DNA from: Mantamonas sphyraenae STR306
Taxonomy: Eukaryota > Protista > CRuMs
Assembly: GCA_026936335.1 (NCBI GenBank)
Contig: JAPMXV010000057.1
Span: 186,001 to 250,000 of the forward strand
Reading direction: 5' to 3'
DNA: 64,000 nt
Shown: positions 47,404-57,677 of the stretch, piece after piece
Layout: each line of letters opens with the position of its first letter
How positions within the stretch are numbered: the first letter of the stretch is position 1
The notes under the pieces: generated by a model
What the model was told of the DNA's origin: nothing
Databases searched by the model: none
Seen by the model: the letters and a program-made list of their open reading frames with translations, nothing else
Translations under genes and position numbers: made by a program

Positions 47404-49386
47404 ATGATTCAAATGCGACGGACGACAGGAGCCGGAACTCCGAATCGTCCAGTTCCCTTGCTGGAAGGCAATGACGAGAAGGAAGGCGTGCGTGTGCGCC
47501 AACAGGGGCTTCGAGGCGCACTGGTGATCATCGTGGCGTGCGTGTGTGTGCTCGTCCTGTCAAAGTGGCTGCTGGACAGCGGGGCTCAGGAACAGCGACA
47601 GGCAGTGTTGCAAGACGACTCGCCTGTGGTGTACGGTGGGACGACCACACCGCCACACCCGTCAGTAGGTGTGTCCAAACACATTCAAACTGACGTGAGC
47701 AAGCTGTACGCGCAGCAGGGGAAGCTGTGGAAACAGCGAATGGACGCCGCCCGGAATGCATCCGACAGCGTGGCTGGCATGAAGAGCGTGCACGCCACAC
47801 GCTGGAAAGGAATCATAGATCAGCTGGAGCAGAGCAAGGGTAAGTTGGGAGCGCCTTGGGCGTTGACAGGCGAGGCGAACAAAAGGGCGTGCCAAATTGC
47901 GTGTCCGCGTTCCCGCCTCGCACATCCTCCGCAGAAACTGACCTGGATTCATGCCACACGTCTCTTGTACGTGTGCATTGGATGTGCGTGCTGTACCACA
48001 GAGGAGCTTGACCGCGTTCAGGTTTGGAAGGTGGATGGGATGTGCGTGTTCCAGCGGCACTGGGTTTTCGTGGCCGGGCAAAACGCAGACTGTGAGGCGT
48101 TTGGAAAGGCGTACGCAGATGCTTTTGAGTATGACCGCTTCTTTAGATACACATGCGTGAGCGAAGAGACCCTGCAGACAAAGGGCGAGCTGCGTGTGCG
48201 CCTGGTGAACTCCAAGGGGGAAATGGAGCCGCACGACGAGGTTGGGATCACGCAGGTGGTCTGGGACAAGACCCCTGTGTTTGTGAGCAACACATGGGGC
48301 AAGGAGAACCTGTACCACTTCTCGGAAGGCAACTTTCGCACTTTCAGCTACCTGAAACGATACGGGAAGAAACTTGCCGGGCCGGACGGGATTCAGGTGC
48401 TGTCGCTGACAAACGATATCACGTTTGAGTGGACACACGAAACACAGATGACAAGTGTGGCCAAAGTGCTTCGCAAGGGCGAGGTGCCATTGCTGCCGCC
48501 GATGCTTGCGGAATGGACCCAGTCGCAATCGACCATGGTTTGTTTCGACACACTTTACATGGTGCCGTTCTGGCCCGCCATGTTTGTGGTCAACCTTCCT
48601 GGTCGTGTGCACCATCGTGCAAAGGCGTTTCGGGACGAGCTGGCAGGGCGACTGGACGTGCCACCGCCAGCGAAACGCGTTCCATCGCCGCTCACGGGCA
48701 GAACCGCATTGCGCATGCTTGTTGTGGGCCGTCGCGGCTCGCGTAGGATGCTAAACGCGCAGGATGTGGTGCAGGAGCTCAAAGTGGATGGCCAGGCGAT
48801 GCTGGAACGGTATGGGATGGACAGCGAAACGCGGTACGTGGAGTTTGAGGGCTTGTCAATGGCCAAGCAAGTGGAGGCGGTGCAATGGGCAGATATTGTG
48901 ATCATGTCGACGGGTGCTGGGGTGATCAACGCGTGCTTCATGCAGAGGCACACGTGGCTGTGGATTCTCCTTCCGCCTGGATGCTGTCCGAAGCCGCGGG
49001 ATCTATGGACGGTACTGGACCAGTGCCGCTCGGGGGGAAACTATGTAGAGTATGTGTTGCAGGAGGATGAGGTTGAGGCCAACTTGCCGGAGGACAACGG
49101 TCTGGTGTGCGAGGGTGAAGCGGCAAGCAAGTGGACGTACGAACAGTGCCGTGAGATGGAAGAATGTCCCAAATACTGCGGCATGAAGAACCGCAAGTGG
49201 ATTATGGAACACCAAGAGCAGTACCGGGGTGTGTCGTACGAGGCATGCCACGCTGACGCAAAGTGCTACGATGTCAAGTTTGGTGTCAACATGAAGCCCA
49301 ATCCAAAGAGGCTGCGCTGGTCGATCGAGAGCAAACTAGGCTACTTTTTCAACGAAGGGCATACGTTGGCCAACGAAAGGGTGTGA
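47404..49386 (+). CDS. Type II membrane glycosyltransferase, GT61/DUF563-like
   Basis: N-terminal TM. NLYHF, RRGSRRMLNAQDV and FEGLSMAKQVEAVQWADIVIMSTGAGVINACFM. Probable in-frame intron 47840-48001. Confidence 0.75.
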   Translation: MIQMRRTTGAGTPNRPVPLLEGNDEKEGVRVRQQGLRGALVIIVACVCVLVLSKWLLDSGAQEQRQAVLQDDSPVVYGGTTTPPHPSVGVSKHIQTDVSKLYAQQGKLWKQRMDAARNASDSVAGMKSVHATRWKGIIDQLEQSKGKLGAPWALTGEANKRACQIACPRSRLAHPPQKLTWIHATRLLYVCIGCACCTTEELDRVQVWKVDGMCVFQRHWVFVAGQNADCEAFGKAYADAFEYDRFFRYTCVSEETLQTKGELRVRLVNSKGEMEPHDEVGITQVVWDKTPVFVSNTWGKENLYHFSEGNFRTFSYLKRYGKKLAGPDGIQVLSLTNDITFEWTHETQMTSVAKVLRKGEVPLLPPMLAEWTQSQSTMVCFDTLYMVPFWPAMFVVNLPGRVHHRAKAFRDELAGRLDVPPPAKRVPSPLTGRTALRMLVVGRRGSRRMLNAQDVVQELKVDGQAMLERYGMDSETRYVEFEGLSMAKQVEAVQWADIVIMSTGAGVINACFMQRHTWLWILLPPGCCPKPRDLWTVLDQCRSGGNYVEYVLQEDEVEANLPEDNGLVCEGEAASKWTYEQCREMEECPKYCGMKNRKWIMEHQEQYRGVSYEACHADAKCYDVKFGVNMKPNPKRLRWSIESKLGYFFNEGHTLANERV

Positions 49387-49447
49387 CAAGGTGGGGAAGG
49401 GGGCAGGGTGATGCGCCAACGGGCACAAGACCACGGCGAGCAGGAAA

Positions 49448-52258
49448 ATGGAAACCATTGTGAATGGATTGTTGGCGTCGACGGACTACAGCATTGGCAA
49501 GAAAGTGTCTGTGTTTCGTCGTGTGCTCGAGTCGACGCAGCCCGGTGATGATGCAGAGTGGGAGGAGTGGAACAGAGTGCTTGTGCGGTTGTTTGGCGAG
49601 TCGACCCAGGCCGGAAACACCTTGCTGATGCTGTTGCTGGACAGGATGTTTGAATTGGATGTAGAGCGTGTGCTGAGCGTGCTGGATGGGCAGTTTATGG
49701 CGCAGCAGCTCAATGTGGCGTTTGTGAGTTTTTCGAGCAAACTGAGTGGATCAGATCACCTGGAGCGGCTCGGCAGACCACTGACACGATCCACGTCGGC
49801 TTGATGGCACCTCCCAGAACTCTCCCGCCACGCGGGTACCCCCGTTGCTGCGGGTTCTGCACGAACGCAAACGTACGTACATGGGCGGAAACGGACGGAG
49901 CGCGTTCGAGCACGAGCGCCTGACACACACCACACACACACGCCCGCACATACACAGAGCAAATGAGCATGGCGGCGTTTCAGACCGAGTGTGAAGAGCT
50001 GTCTGGGATCCTGGAGCCTGTGTTTGAGCAGTGCGAGGAATTGAACGACCACAGGATGCACCTGACGGCAGTGTTCTTGGAGGCGCCGTTCCTGTGCCCC
50101 AAGCAACTGAACCTGCTGCAGTTGGGGATGTTTTGGCTGGCAAATGTGAATCCCGTGAGTGCAGCGCGCGCCATGGAGCTTCAGAGTGCATACAGCGTGG
50201 AGACGCACGTGCAAAACCTGGTGGCGCTGCTGGCACAGGCATCGGTGCTGGAGAGCGCAAGCGAACAGGCACAGGCGAGTGGAAGCCAGGCTGGAATGCT
50301 GCTGGTGCATGAAATGTTTGGCTATCTGGCCCAACACGAGCATTGCAGCGGACGAAAACACGTTTCCGATGCTCGCGCAGGTGTTGCACAGTCTTCTACC
50401 TGCAGAGATGGCAAGTGCAGTGGCCAGGCAGATGGCAAGTGACGAAGAGCGGGAGATTTCAGACGAGGCTATCCACAATGCAATTGTGCGCATGTGCCTG
50501 TGGCCAGTGAGCGAAAACGTGGCGGTGTGGATTCATGCGCTGCTCGGGGCGGTGGTGGAGTATCGAGAGGCGACGTCGCAGGTGATGGCAGACATTGCGT
50601 TGGCGGCAGCGGACTCCTTGTTTGGTCAGATCGTGAACGAAAAGTCGAACCGACAGACGAAGCGGGTGGGCCCGTTCACAGTGCTGCGCAGCCTGCTGCT
50701 GAGTGTAAAACACACACCGCACGCGTTTCACAGGTTGGCTGCACAGGTGCCTGCTTTCGTGAGGCGGTGCAGGTGGAAGGCAAAGCACAGTTTTGGGCGT
50801 GCGTTTGCCGATCTGGTGTACACGTTGATGGAGATGCACGAGGGCTACCCGGAGCTGTACTTGGACATGGCCAAGGTGCTGTCCAAGTTTGACAAACCCG
50901 ATGAAGAGGCGATGCGGAAGCTGGTGAGTGAACACAGTCTGACAGGTGGTCGGCTGCAATCGCTGGGAGTGTCGTTGGGCAGCGAGTTTGAATCTCGCAG
51001 CAGTGCCGGGTCGTACGGAGGCCTGGTGAACACGGGAAACACGTGCTATCTCAACTCGGTGCTCCAGGCGCTGTTCACGACGGATGCGTTCCGAATGGCG
51101 ACGTGCCGTGTCAACACCGGCGGCTCGGGCAATGGCTCCAGCAGCAGTAGCAACAACGTGCACAGCTCGAATGCGATTGTGGGCGGACTGGCACACAGGC
51201 TTCAGCAAACATTTGCGTTTATGTGCAGCACACGGCGTGCGGCGTACCAGCCCAGCGCGATGCTAGAGGCGCTGCCAGATTGGTTTGTGCCGCGGATGCA
51301 GCAGGACGCACACGAATATGTGAACTACGTTCTGGGTGGCGTTCAAGAGGAGCAAAGCGAGCTTACAGATCAGTTTCAGGGGTCGATGGAAGCGCGTACG
51401 GTGTGCAGCCAGTGCGGGACGGTGAGCACGCGCTCGGAGCCCTTTGTTGACGTGACGCTGACGCTGAACGACAACGAATGCGAATCGGTGCAAGAGCTCT
51501 TGGGACAGATGTCGCAACCGGAGGTGCTGAGTGGGGACAACGCGTACGCATGCAGCGTGTGCAAACAGTACGTCGAGGCGGAGAGGTCGATGCACCTGGA
51601 ACGCGTGGCGGATCAGATGATTGTGACGTTGGGACGGTTTGCATATAACACAGAGAGCGGGGTACGCGAAAAGATCGGGCGGCATGTGGATGTGCCACTG
51701 CGGTTGAACGTGGAGACCAGCGGCGGGGAACCGCGGACGAGCGAGTATGCGTTGTATGCTGTGGTGTTCCACGCAGGAACATCTGCACACGTGGGTCACT
51801 ACTACAGCTACTCGCGTGGGGCGGCATTTGCCGCACAGTGCAGCGAGGAGGAATGCATGGCGGAGGATGCGTCGCAGTGGTGGCTGTTCAACGACGAGCG
51901 CGTGTCGCGTGCCAGCTACAGCCAGTTTCGAGACCTGAGCAAGCACTTTGCACGTGACACAGCATACTTGCTGCTGTATGTGCGTCGGCGGGATGGAGAA
52001 GAGGAGGTTGTCTCGAGCGAGCTGGCTGACAGCGTCGAGGCCCTTCCTGGGGAGCTGAGGGACAAGGTGCGTGCAGACAACAGGCTGTTTGAGCAAGAGG
52101 TGGCTGCAGAGGCAAGGAGGCAGCAGGAGAGAAAGAAGAGGATGGCCAAGATGGCAAGCGTGTCGCCCGGAATGGTGTCGCGAGACAACGACGATTTTGG
52201 GCCCGGAGCAGGCGGGTTCGGACACGATTTCCTGAGTGGTGGGAATTACATCAGCTAA
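49448..52258 (+). CDS. Ubiquitin-specific protease, USP35/USP38 family
   Basis: METIVNGLLAS start and KHTPHAFH / HEGYPELY helical region. Cys box GLVNTGNTCYLNSVLQAL, QQDAHEY, His box HAGTSAHVGHYYSY, FNDERVS and DTAYLLLY. Several 5' introns. Confidence 0.9.
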
Positions 52259-52278
52259 AGACATGTACATTGGGGTGT

Positions 52279-52633
52279 TTAGCGTGCCAGAAACTCGATC
52301 TCTGTGGGCGACAAAGGAGCAAAGGCGGAGTGAGCGGGTGGCGCGGAATTGCACAGCAGCATGTGGGGCACGCGAACAAACGTACGCTCGGTGGTGCGCT
52401 TCTTGAACAGGATGCGCTGGCCACAGTCCTTGCAACGCACAGGTTCCTTGGGTTTGATCTGCGACTCTTGACCACAGGCTGCGGGTGGGGCGCAGTGGGA
52501 GGGTGGAACGCGTGAGAAATCGGGTGGGGTGAGGACAGCACAGGAAACGGGCGTGGGGAAGGGGCAGATGATGATTTGGGGGTGGTGTGTGTGTACATGA
52601 CAATGTGTACGTACCTGCGCAGATGTATTCCAT
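52279..52633 (-). CDS. RPB12: RNA polymerases I/II/III shared subunit RPABC4
   Basis: Exons 52633-52615, 52478-52386 and 52301-52279 give MEYICAACGQESQIKPKEPVRCKDCGQRILFKKRTTEQIEFLAR*. Confidence 0.93.
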
Positions 52634-52689
52634 TGTTTGTGTGAGTTGGTTTGGTTTGCGGTGGCGGGGGCACACAACAAGGGAGAGCA

Positions 52690-54444
52690 ATGGGCAACTC
52701 ATTGCAACATGGAGTGAGCATGAGCGAGCACGAAGATGACGGGTTGCAGGAGGTGCACATCGAGGACCTTCCGGTTGAGACGCAGTTGTCTACGTCGGCG
52801 TCGTGCGGCGGCGAAGATGAGAACGAGGAGGAGGAACTATACGAGCTTCACGCAAGCACGGGAATGCCCATCAAGAAAGCACAGGTGCTCATGGAACAGT
52901 TGAAAAGGGAATTGCCGCGTCTGTGGAGTGCGGTGGAGTTTCATGGGACGAACAAGCCGCACTACTCGTGGGACCTGGAGACGAAGATGGTGGCCAAGGG
53001 CAGACTGGACGCACACTCGAAACTGGATCTCGTGATGGTCCTCATGCGTCAGGGGCAGACGGGAAGGCACAAGTTTCCTGATCTGGATGCGGAAGGGTGC
53101 ACTGACGACGAGTTGTACACGTGGGTGGCGGATTTCTGCGGATCTGCCTCGCCCAGCCAGTTTCGCATTGTTCTCCACGGCTACTCTCTTTCCCACGGCT
53201 ACCAAAACGAACTTTCCAAGTTTCTCGCGCGCACGCCGAACGAAGAGATGCACGTGGTTTTGCGGCTGCGGCTTTTGAGCAGCACCGTGATTGTCCTCAA
53301 CGCAGTGCCCAAAGAACCCGTGCACAACGATGACGTCGATGACAAAGAGACACCAAACAGTAGCAGCAGCAGCAGCAGCAGTGGAAGCAGCGACATGGAG
53401 AGCAACACCACGGAAGGACTGCGGCCGACGTTGGGCGAGTTGCTGGAGATGATCCCAGAGGTGATTGGTGATCGTGTCGTGAGCAAGCTAGGCCTGGAGT
53501 CACAGACAGCATTCATGGAAACGTGCCATTTGGCGAACCGTGTCGTGAAAGCGTACCAGCAGCGTGTGGCGTTGCTGGCAGGCCTGACGACGGATCTGCG
53601 TGTGCACCATCTTGCACTGCCTCTGCGATACGCCAAATCCACGCTGCACACATTGCACATCCCTCACTATGGCTGCCTTCAGGATTACATCCACGAGCGA
53701 GCCGTCGAAGCTGGGGAGAGTCTGCTTCAGCCGTGGGTTGACACGTGCGTCAACCTGCGTGATCTGGACGTTTCGTACTGCACATGGATGCATCCGGAGG
53801 ACGTCGAGGTAATCGTGAATGGTTTGCAACGTCTCAAGCGACTCAATCTCCACGGCTGTGGGCTGACGGACGCAGTTCTGCCGGTGCTGGAGACCTGCGC
53901 CACCCTGACGAGTCTGGACCTGGGCCTGAACTGCATGATGAACTTCACCCTGCAACACAGCGGTCTCATCGAGCTGGAGCCGGACGTCCATGCGTGGATG
54001 CAAGAGATGCAGGTCAATTGGTGGGCTGTTGATGCTGCTGTCAACAACAAGCCCAAGCTGGACCTGTCAGGTTGCACTGCTCTCAACCGCGTGTATGTAC
54101 CGCCGGGTGCAATGCAAGTGGAAGAGTTGAAGCTCGCTCTGGATTCTCTGAACGAGCAGGTGGAGATTGTGGAAAAGCGGGTGCTGCGCGTGTTTGACGC
54201 GACCAGCAATAGCTATGTGGAGCGTGCTGTGTCCATGGAATCTTTGGAGGAGTTGAAGGACGAGATTGTGGCCTTGCAGACGTTGTGTGGTCTGCAGCAT
54301 CTGCACGTGGAGTCGTGGACGCCGCCTGCATCGAGTGGGCCGAGCCTCAGCTCAACATTTTCCTGCGAGGACGGTCTTGTCGTCCTGCGTCAGCGCAAGC
54401 GGGTTCTCGTGGCCGAAAGAACGTCACCATGGCATGTGGTGGTC

Positions 54445-54475
<31 letters not shown>

Positions 54476-54531
54476 TTGCCGGTTCTGGTCAACCGGTCTC
54501 TGTTGTGTCCAACGTGGATGAGGTGGAGTGA
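52690..54531 (+). CDS. Leucine-rich-repeat protein (FBXL/AMN1-like) with possible degenerate F-box and MG myristoylation start
   Basis: MGNSLQ start, LLEMIPEVIGDRVVSKL, NLRDLDVSYC, LKRLNLHGCGLTD and LTSLDLGLN. Confidence 0.7.
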
Positions 54532-54649
54532 AGAGAATTGAATGAAGCTGGTGGAAGGGACAAGTCAACACCGCGGGGTGGGCTGCGTGCTCGAGGGTCA
54601 ATGGAAGTGTCATGCAAAATGAAAAAGGGCGAGTGGTTTGTTGGGCTGA

Positions 54650-56001
54650 TCATTCGCACTGCTCGCTCAGCCACTGGAGACCGTCGTAGATGCCGTCGCC
54701 TGTCAGGGCGCAGGTGGGCACGATCTTCCACTCGTGGTCGGTGATGTTGACCAGTTCCAGACCCTGGGAGACGGCGTCGACCGGTTCAGCGGTGTCCAGA
54801 TCCTGCTTGTTGGCCAGCACCAGCAGGGGTACGTCTTTCATCTGGTCGTCGTTGATGATTTTGTGCAGTTCAATGGCAGCCTCTGTGGGGGATGTCGTCA
54901 GAGTGCGGTGTGAGCAAAAAGGAACGAAACGCACAGCTTGGCGGTGTGAATATCCCAGCAAAACCACAACGCGGGTTTGTGTGTGCACACGCACGACAAG
55001 GTGCGTGTGCATGTGCCATATGCCGACACAGGACAGGTACACGCCGATGACGGGGGTGAGAGTCCACGCCACATACCGTCAAATCGCTCCGGATCGCTGC
55101 TATCTACGACGTAGATCAAGCCTTGCGTGCCTGTAAAGTAGTGACGCCACAGCGGGCGGATCTGTGTGTGTGTGTGAAGCGGGTTGTTCAGCAAAAGGAT
55201 GCAATGCGACAAAAGGTGTGAGTAGTGTGCGGCTGTGGCATGTGGTGACCCACAAGGCACGGGGAGCGCCATACCTTGTCCTGTCCTCCGACGTCCTGGA
55301 TTGGGCAAACGGCAAGTTCACACACACAGACACACAGACACACACACACAGACGTGTGCAGGCCCATGGTTCAGAGACGGTGGCGGATGTGCGTTCAAGG
55401 GTGTCAGTGTGCTTGTCCTGTGCACATGCGTGTGCTCAGTGTTCGTGCGCTCTGGCAAAGGGGCAGAAACCCGGCTTGAGGCCGAATTCTCCGCATTTCT
55501 TGCCCGCCCCACAGCCCCGACGTTTGCTCCGACACCTCTGTGCAGTTTCCTTACCCAGACATTAAACTGTGTCTGTGGATGATGGCCGCAAGAGAAGGCC
55601 ACGCGGTGTGCGTACGTCTCTCTGTGTCAGTGACATCGTAGCTCGGCACGTGCGAGCTCAGTGAGCCCACAGCCCGTCCGTTCGCACCCCCCCAACTCGT
55701 GGTTCTGCTCGTGGCTCACCTTGTTGTACGTGACCGACTCCACGTTGAACCCCATCGTCGGAATGGTGTTCACCGTGTCCCCCAATTTCAGCTTGTAGAG
55801 TGTGGCTGTTGTGTGTGTGTGTCGTGTGTGTGAGCCTCGACACTTCCGCCGAGTTTGCGTGTGTCACCCGCCCTCTCGCCACCCTTCCATCCAACGTGGA
55901 AACGCACACGTCTTGCCAGCTGCATCCAGACCCAGCATCAACAGACGCAGCTCCTTGTTGCCAAACAATTTCTTGACCAGCTTCGACAGTCCTGTTCCCA
56001 T
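54650..56001 (-). CDS. ARF6: ADP-ribosylation factor, ARF6-like (178 aa)
   Basis: Six exons (56001-55908, 55805-55720, 55572-55555, 55295-55275, 55161-55077, 54882-54650; 537 nt). Motifs [45 protein letters not shown] and NKQD. Confidence 0.88.
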
Positions 56002-56065
56002 CTCAAACCGTGCGTTTTGGCCGAGCCTGCGCTGCCACACCCACACACACACACACACAGACCCC

Positions 56066-57619
56066 ATGCTGTCGTCGTCCGCTGGAACTGCGACGCTCCT
56101 TTCCGTGCTGCTGGTCCTCGTTGTGTGCAATGTGCAGCCTTGTGCAGGGCAGCAGGTGCCTACAGACGGTGGAGCCGCGCCAACACTGCCGGTGATGCAC
56201 GCGGGCAATTTTGCCGCGCTGACCAAACGCAACGACATGACACTGGTGCTGTTTAGCAGCCAGCAGAAGGACAAATGTCCACGGTGCGGCCGGGCAGAGA
56301 TGATGCTGCAGCAGGTTGGCCAGGATGCAGGGAGGTTTGCCGGTCTGGCCGTCGTGTACGTGGACACGGAGCCAGGGCATCGTCTGCTGGCCCAGCACTA
56401 CGGTGACGCCAAACCAGTGCTCCCGTTTGTGGCGCTGTGGCGTGATGGCGTGTTCCGACCCTACCAGGCACCCATGAACCCACAGTATCTGGTCGAGTTT
56501 GTGGCCTCCATCTTTGTGGCCGGCACACCCAAGGAACTGGTCAGCAAGAGCAAGAAGGACGAGTTCAACGGCTACAAGGACTCTGTGCGTGTGGTGTCCT
56601 GCTTCCCGGACACAGACACGCCCGAGTTTGACGCCTTTTACAGCGCAGGGCGGTTTGTCATGCCGCGTGCCATCTTTGGGTACAGCCGTGACTGCAAGAT
56701 TGTGCGTGCCTACAAAGTGAAGAAGGCCCATGAGATGGTGCTTCTGCGTCAGGGCCTGCCTGCCCTTACGTACAAGGGCAAGTGGAGTCCCGACGCCATC
56801 GTGCGTTGGGTCGAAGCAAACCGCAAGCAGCTGGTGGACGACTTCACCCCGGAGCACTTCCAGGACATTGCCAACGCGCGTGACGCAGCCACAAACGTCA
56901 CCTACGTCTTTCTCTTCCAGGACTCCCGCTCCCCAGACTATGCCAAGATGCTTGCGGAGATGCGAGCCCTGGCCAAATATGCGTCGTCGCGACGCTTCGC
57001 CAAGTTCAACTTTGGCTTCTTCTCCGTGGAGGCCCACCGCTACAAGGGATTCGTGGACAGTCTGGGGCTCAGCGCCAAGGATCTGCCCGCATTGTTGCTT
57101 GCCCGTGAGCTCACCAGCCAGCAGGGCAAGGAGTACAAGTACGAAGAGGCACAGTTTGGACGATTGTCGCTGCGGGGCATGAAGAAGTTCCTGAGCCAGT
57201 GGAGCGAGGGCAAGATTGAACGACGCATCAAGAGCGGCGAGGAGCCGGCCGAAAACAACGGACCGGTGCACGTGCTCACGGCCAAGTCGTTTGAGCGCAA
57301 GGTGATGGAGAGTGACCAGACGGTGTTGATGGAAATCTGGGCCCCGTGGTGTGGTCACTGCCGCAAGTTTGCGCCCGTGTACAAAGAGATTGGTGAGGCG
57401 TTTGCCAACGACAGCCGGGTGCTGGTGGCCAATTACGATGGCCAGGCCAACGAGGTGCGCAGCAATTGGGGTGTCCGCGGCTACCCCACCGTCCTCCTCT
57501 TCAAGGCCGGCGAGAAGGACGTGCCCATTCCCTACGAGGGCGCACGCACCTTTGAGGACGTCGTGGACTTTGTCAAAGCGGAGCTCGATGGCGGTGGTGA
57601 GGGTGAGAAGGGAGGGTGA
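56066..57619 (+). CDS. Protein disulfide-isomerase family protein (four thioredoxin folds)
   Basis: Signal peptide. First fold has CPRC. Last fold has KSGEEP...WAPWCGHCRKFAP and GYPTVLLF. Confidence 0.88.
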   Translation: MLSSSAGTATLLSVLLVLVVCNVQPCAGQQVPTDGGAAPTLPVMHAGNFAALTKRNDMTLVLFSSQQKDKCPRCGRAEMMLQQVGQDAGRFAGLAVVYVDTEPGHRLLAQHYGDAKPVLPFVALWRDGVFRPYQAPMNPQYLVEFVASIFVAGTPKELVSKSKKDEFNGYKDSVRVVSCFPDTDTPEFDAFYSAGRFVMPRAIFGYSRDCKIVRAYKVKKAHEMVLLRQGLPALTYKGKWSPDAIVRWVEANRKQLVDDFTPEHFQDIANARDAATNVTYVFLFQDSRSPDYAKMLAEMRALAKYASSRRFAKFNFGFFSVEAHRYKGFVDSLGLSAKDLPALLLARELTSQQGKEYKYEEAQFGRLSLRGMKKFLSQWSEGKIERRIKSGEEPAENNGPVHVLTAKSFERKVMESDQTVLMEIWAPWCGHCRKFAPVYKEIGEAFANDSRVLVANYDGQANEVRSNWGVRGYPTVLLFKAGEKDVPIPYEGARTFEDVVDFVKAELDGGGEGEKGG

Positions 57620-57677
57620 TGATGGGCCAGATGCGCCAGCTACAGTAGAACAAAAGACAGCAAATCTGCCCAGTGAC

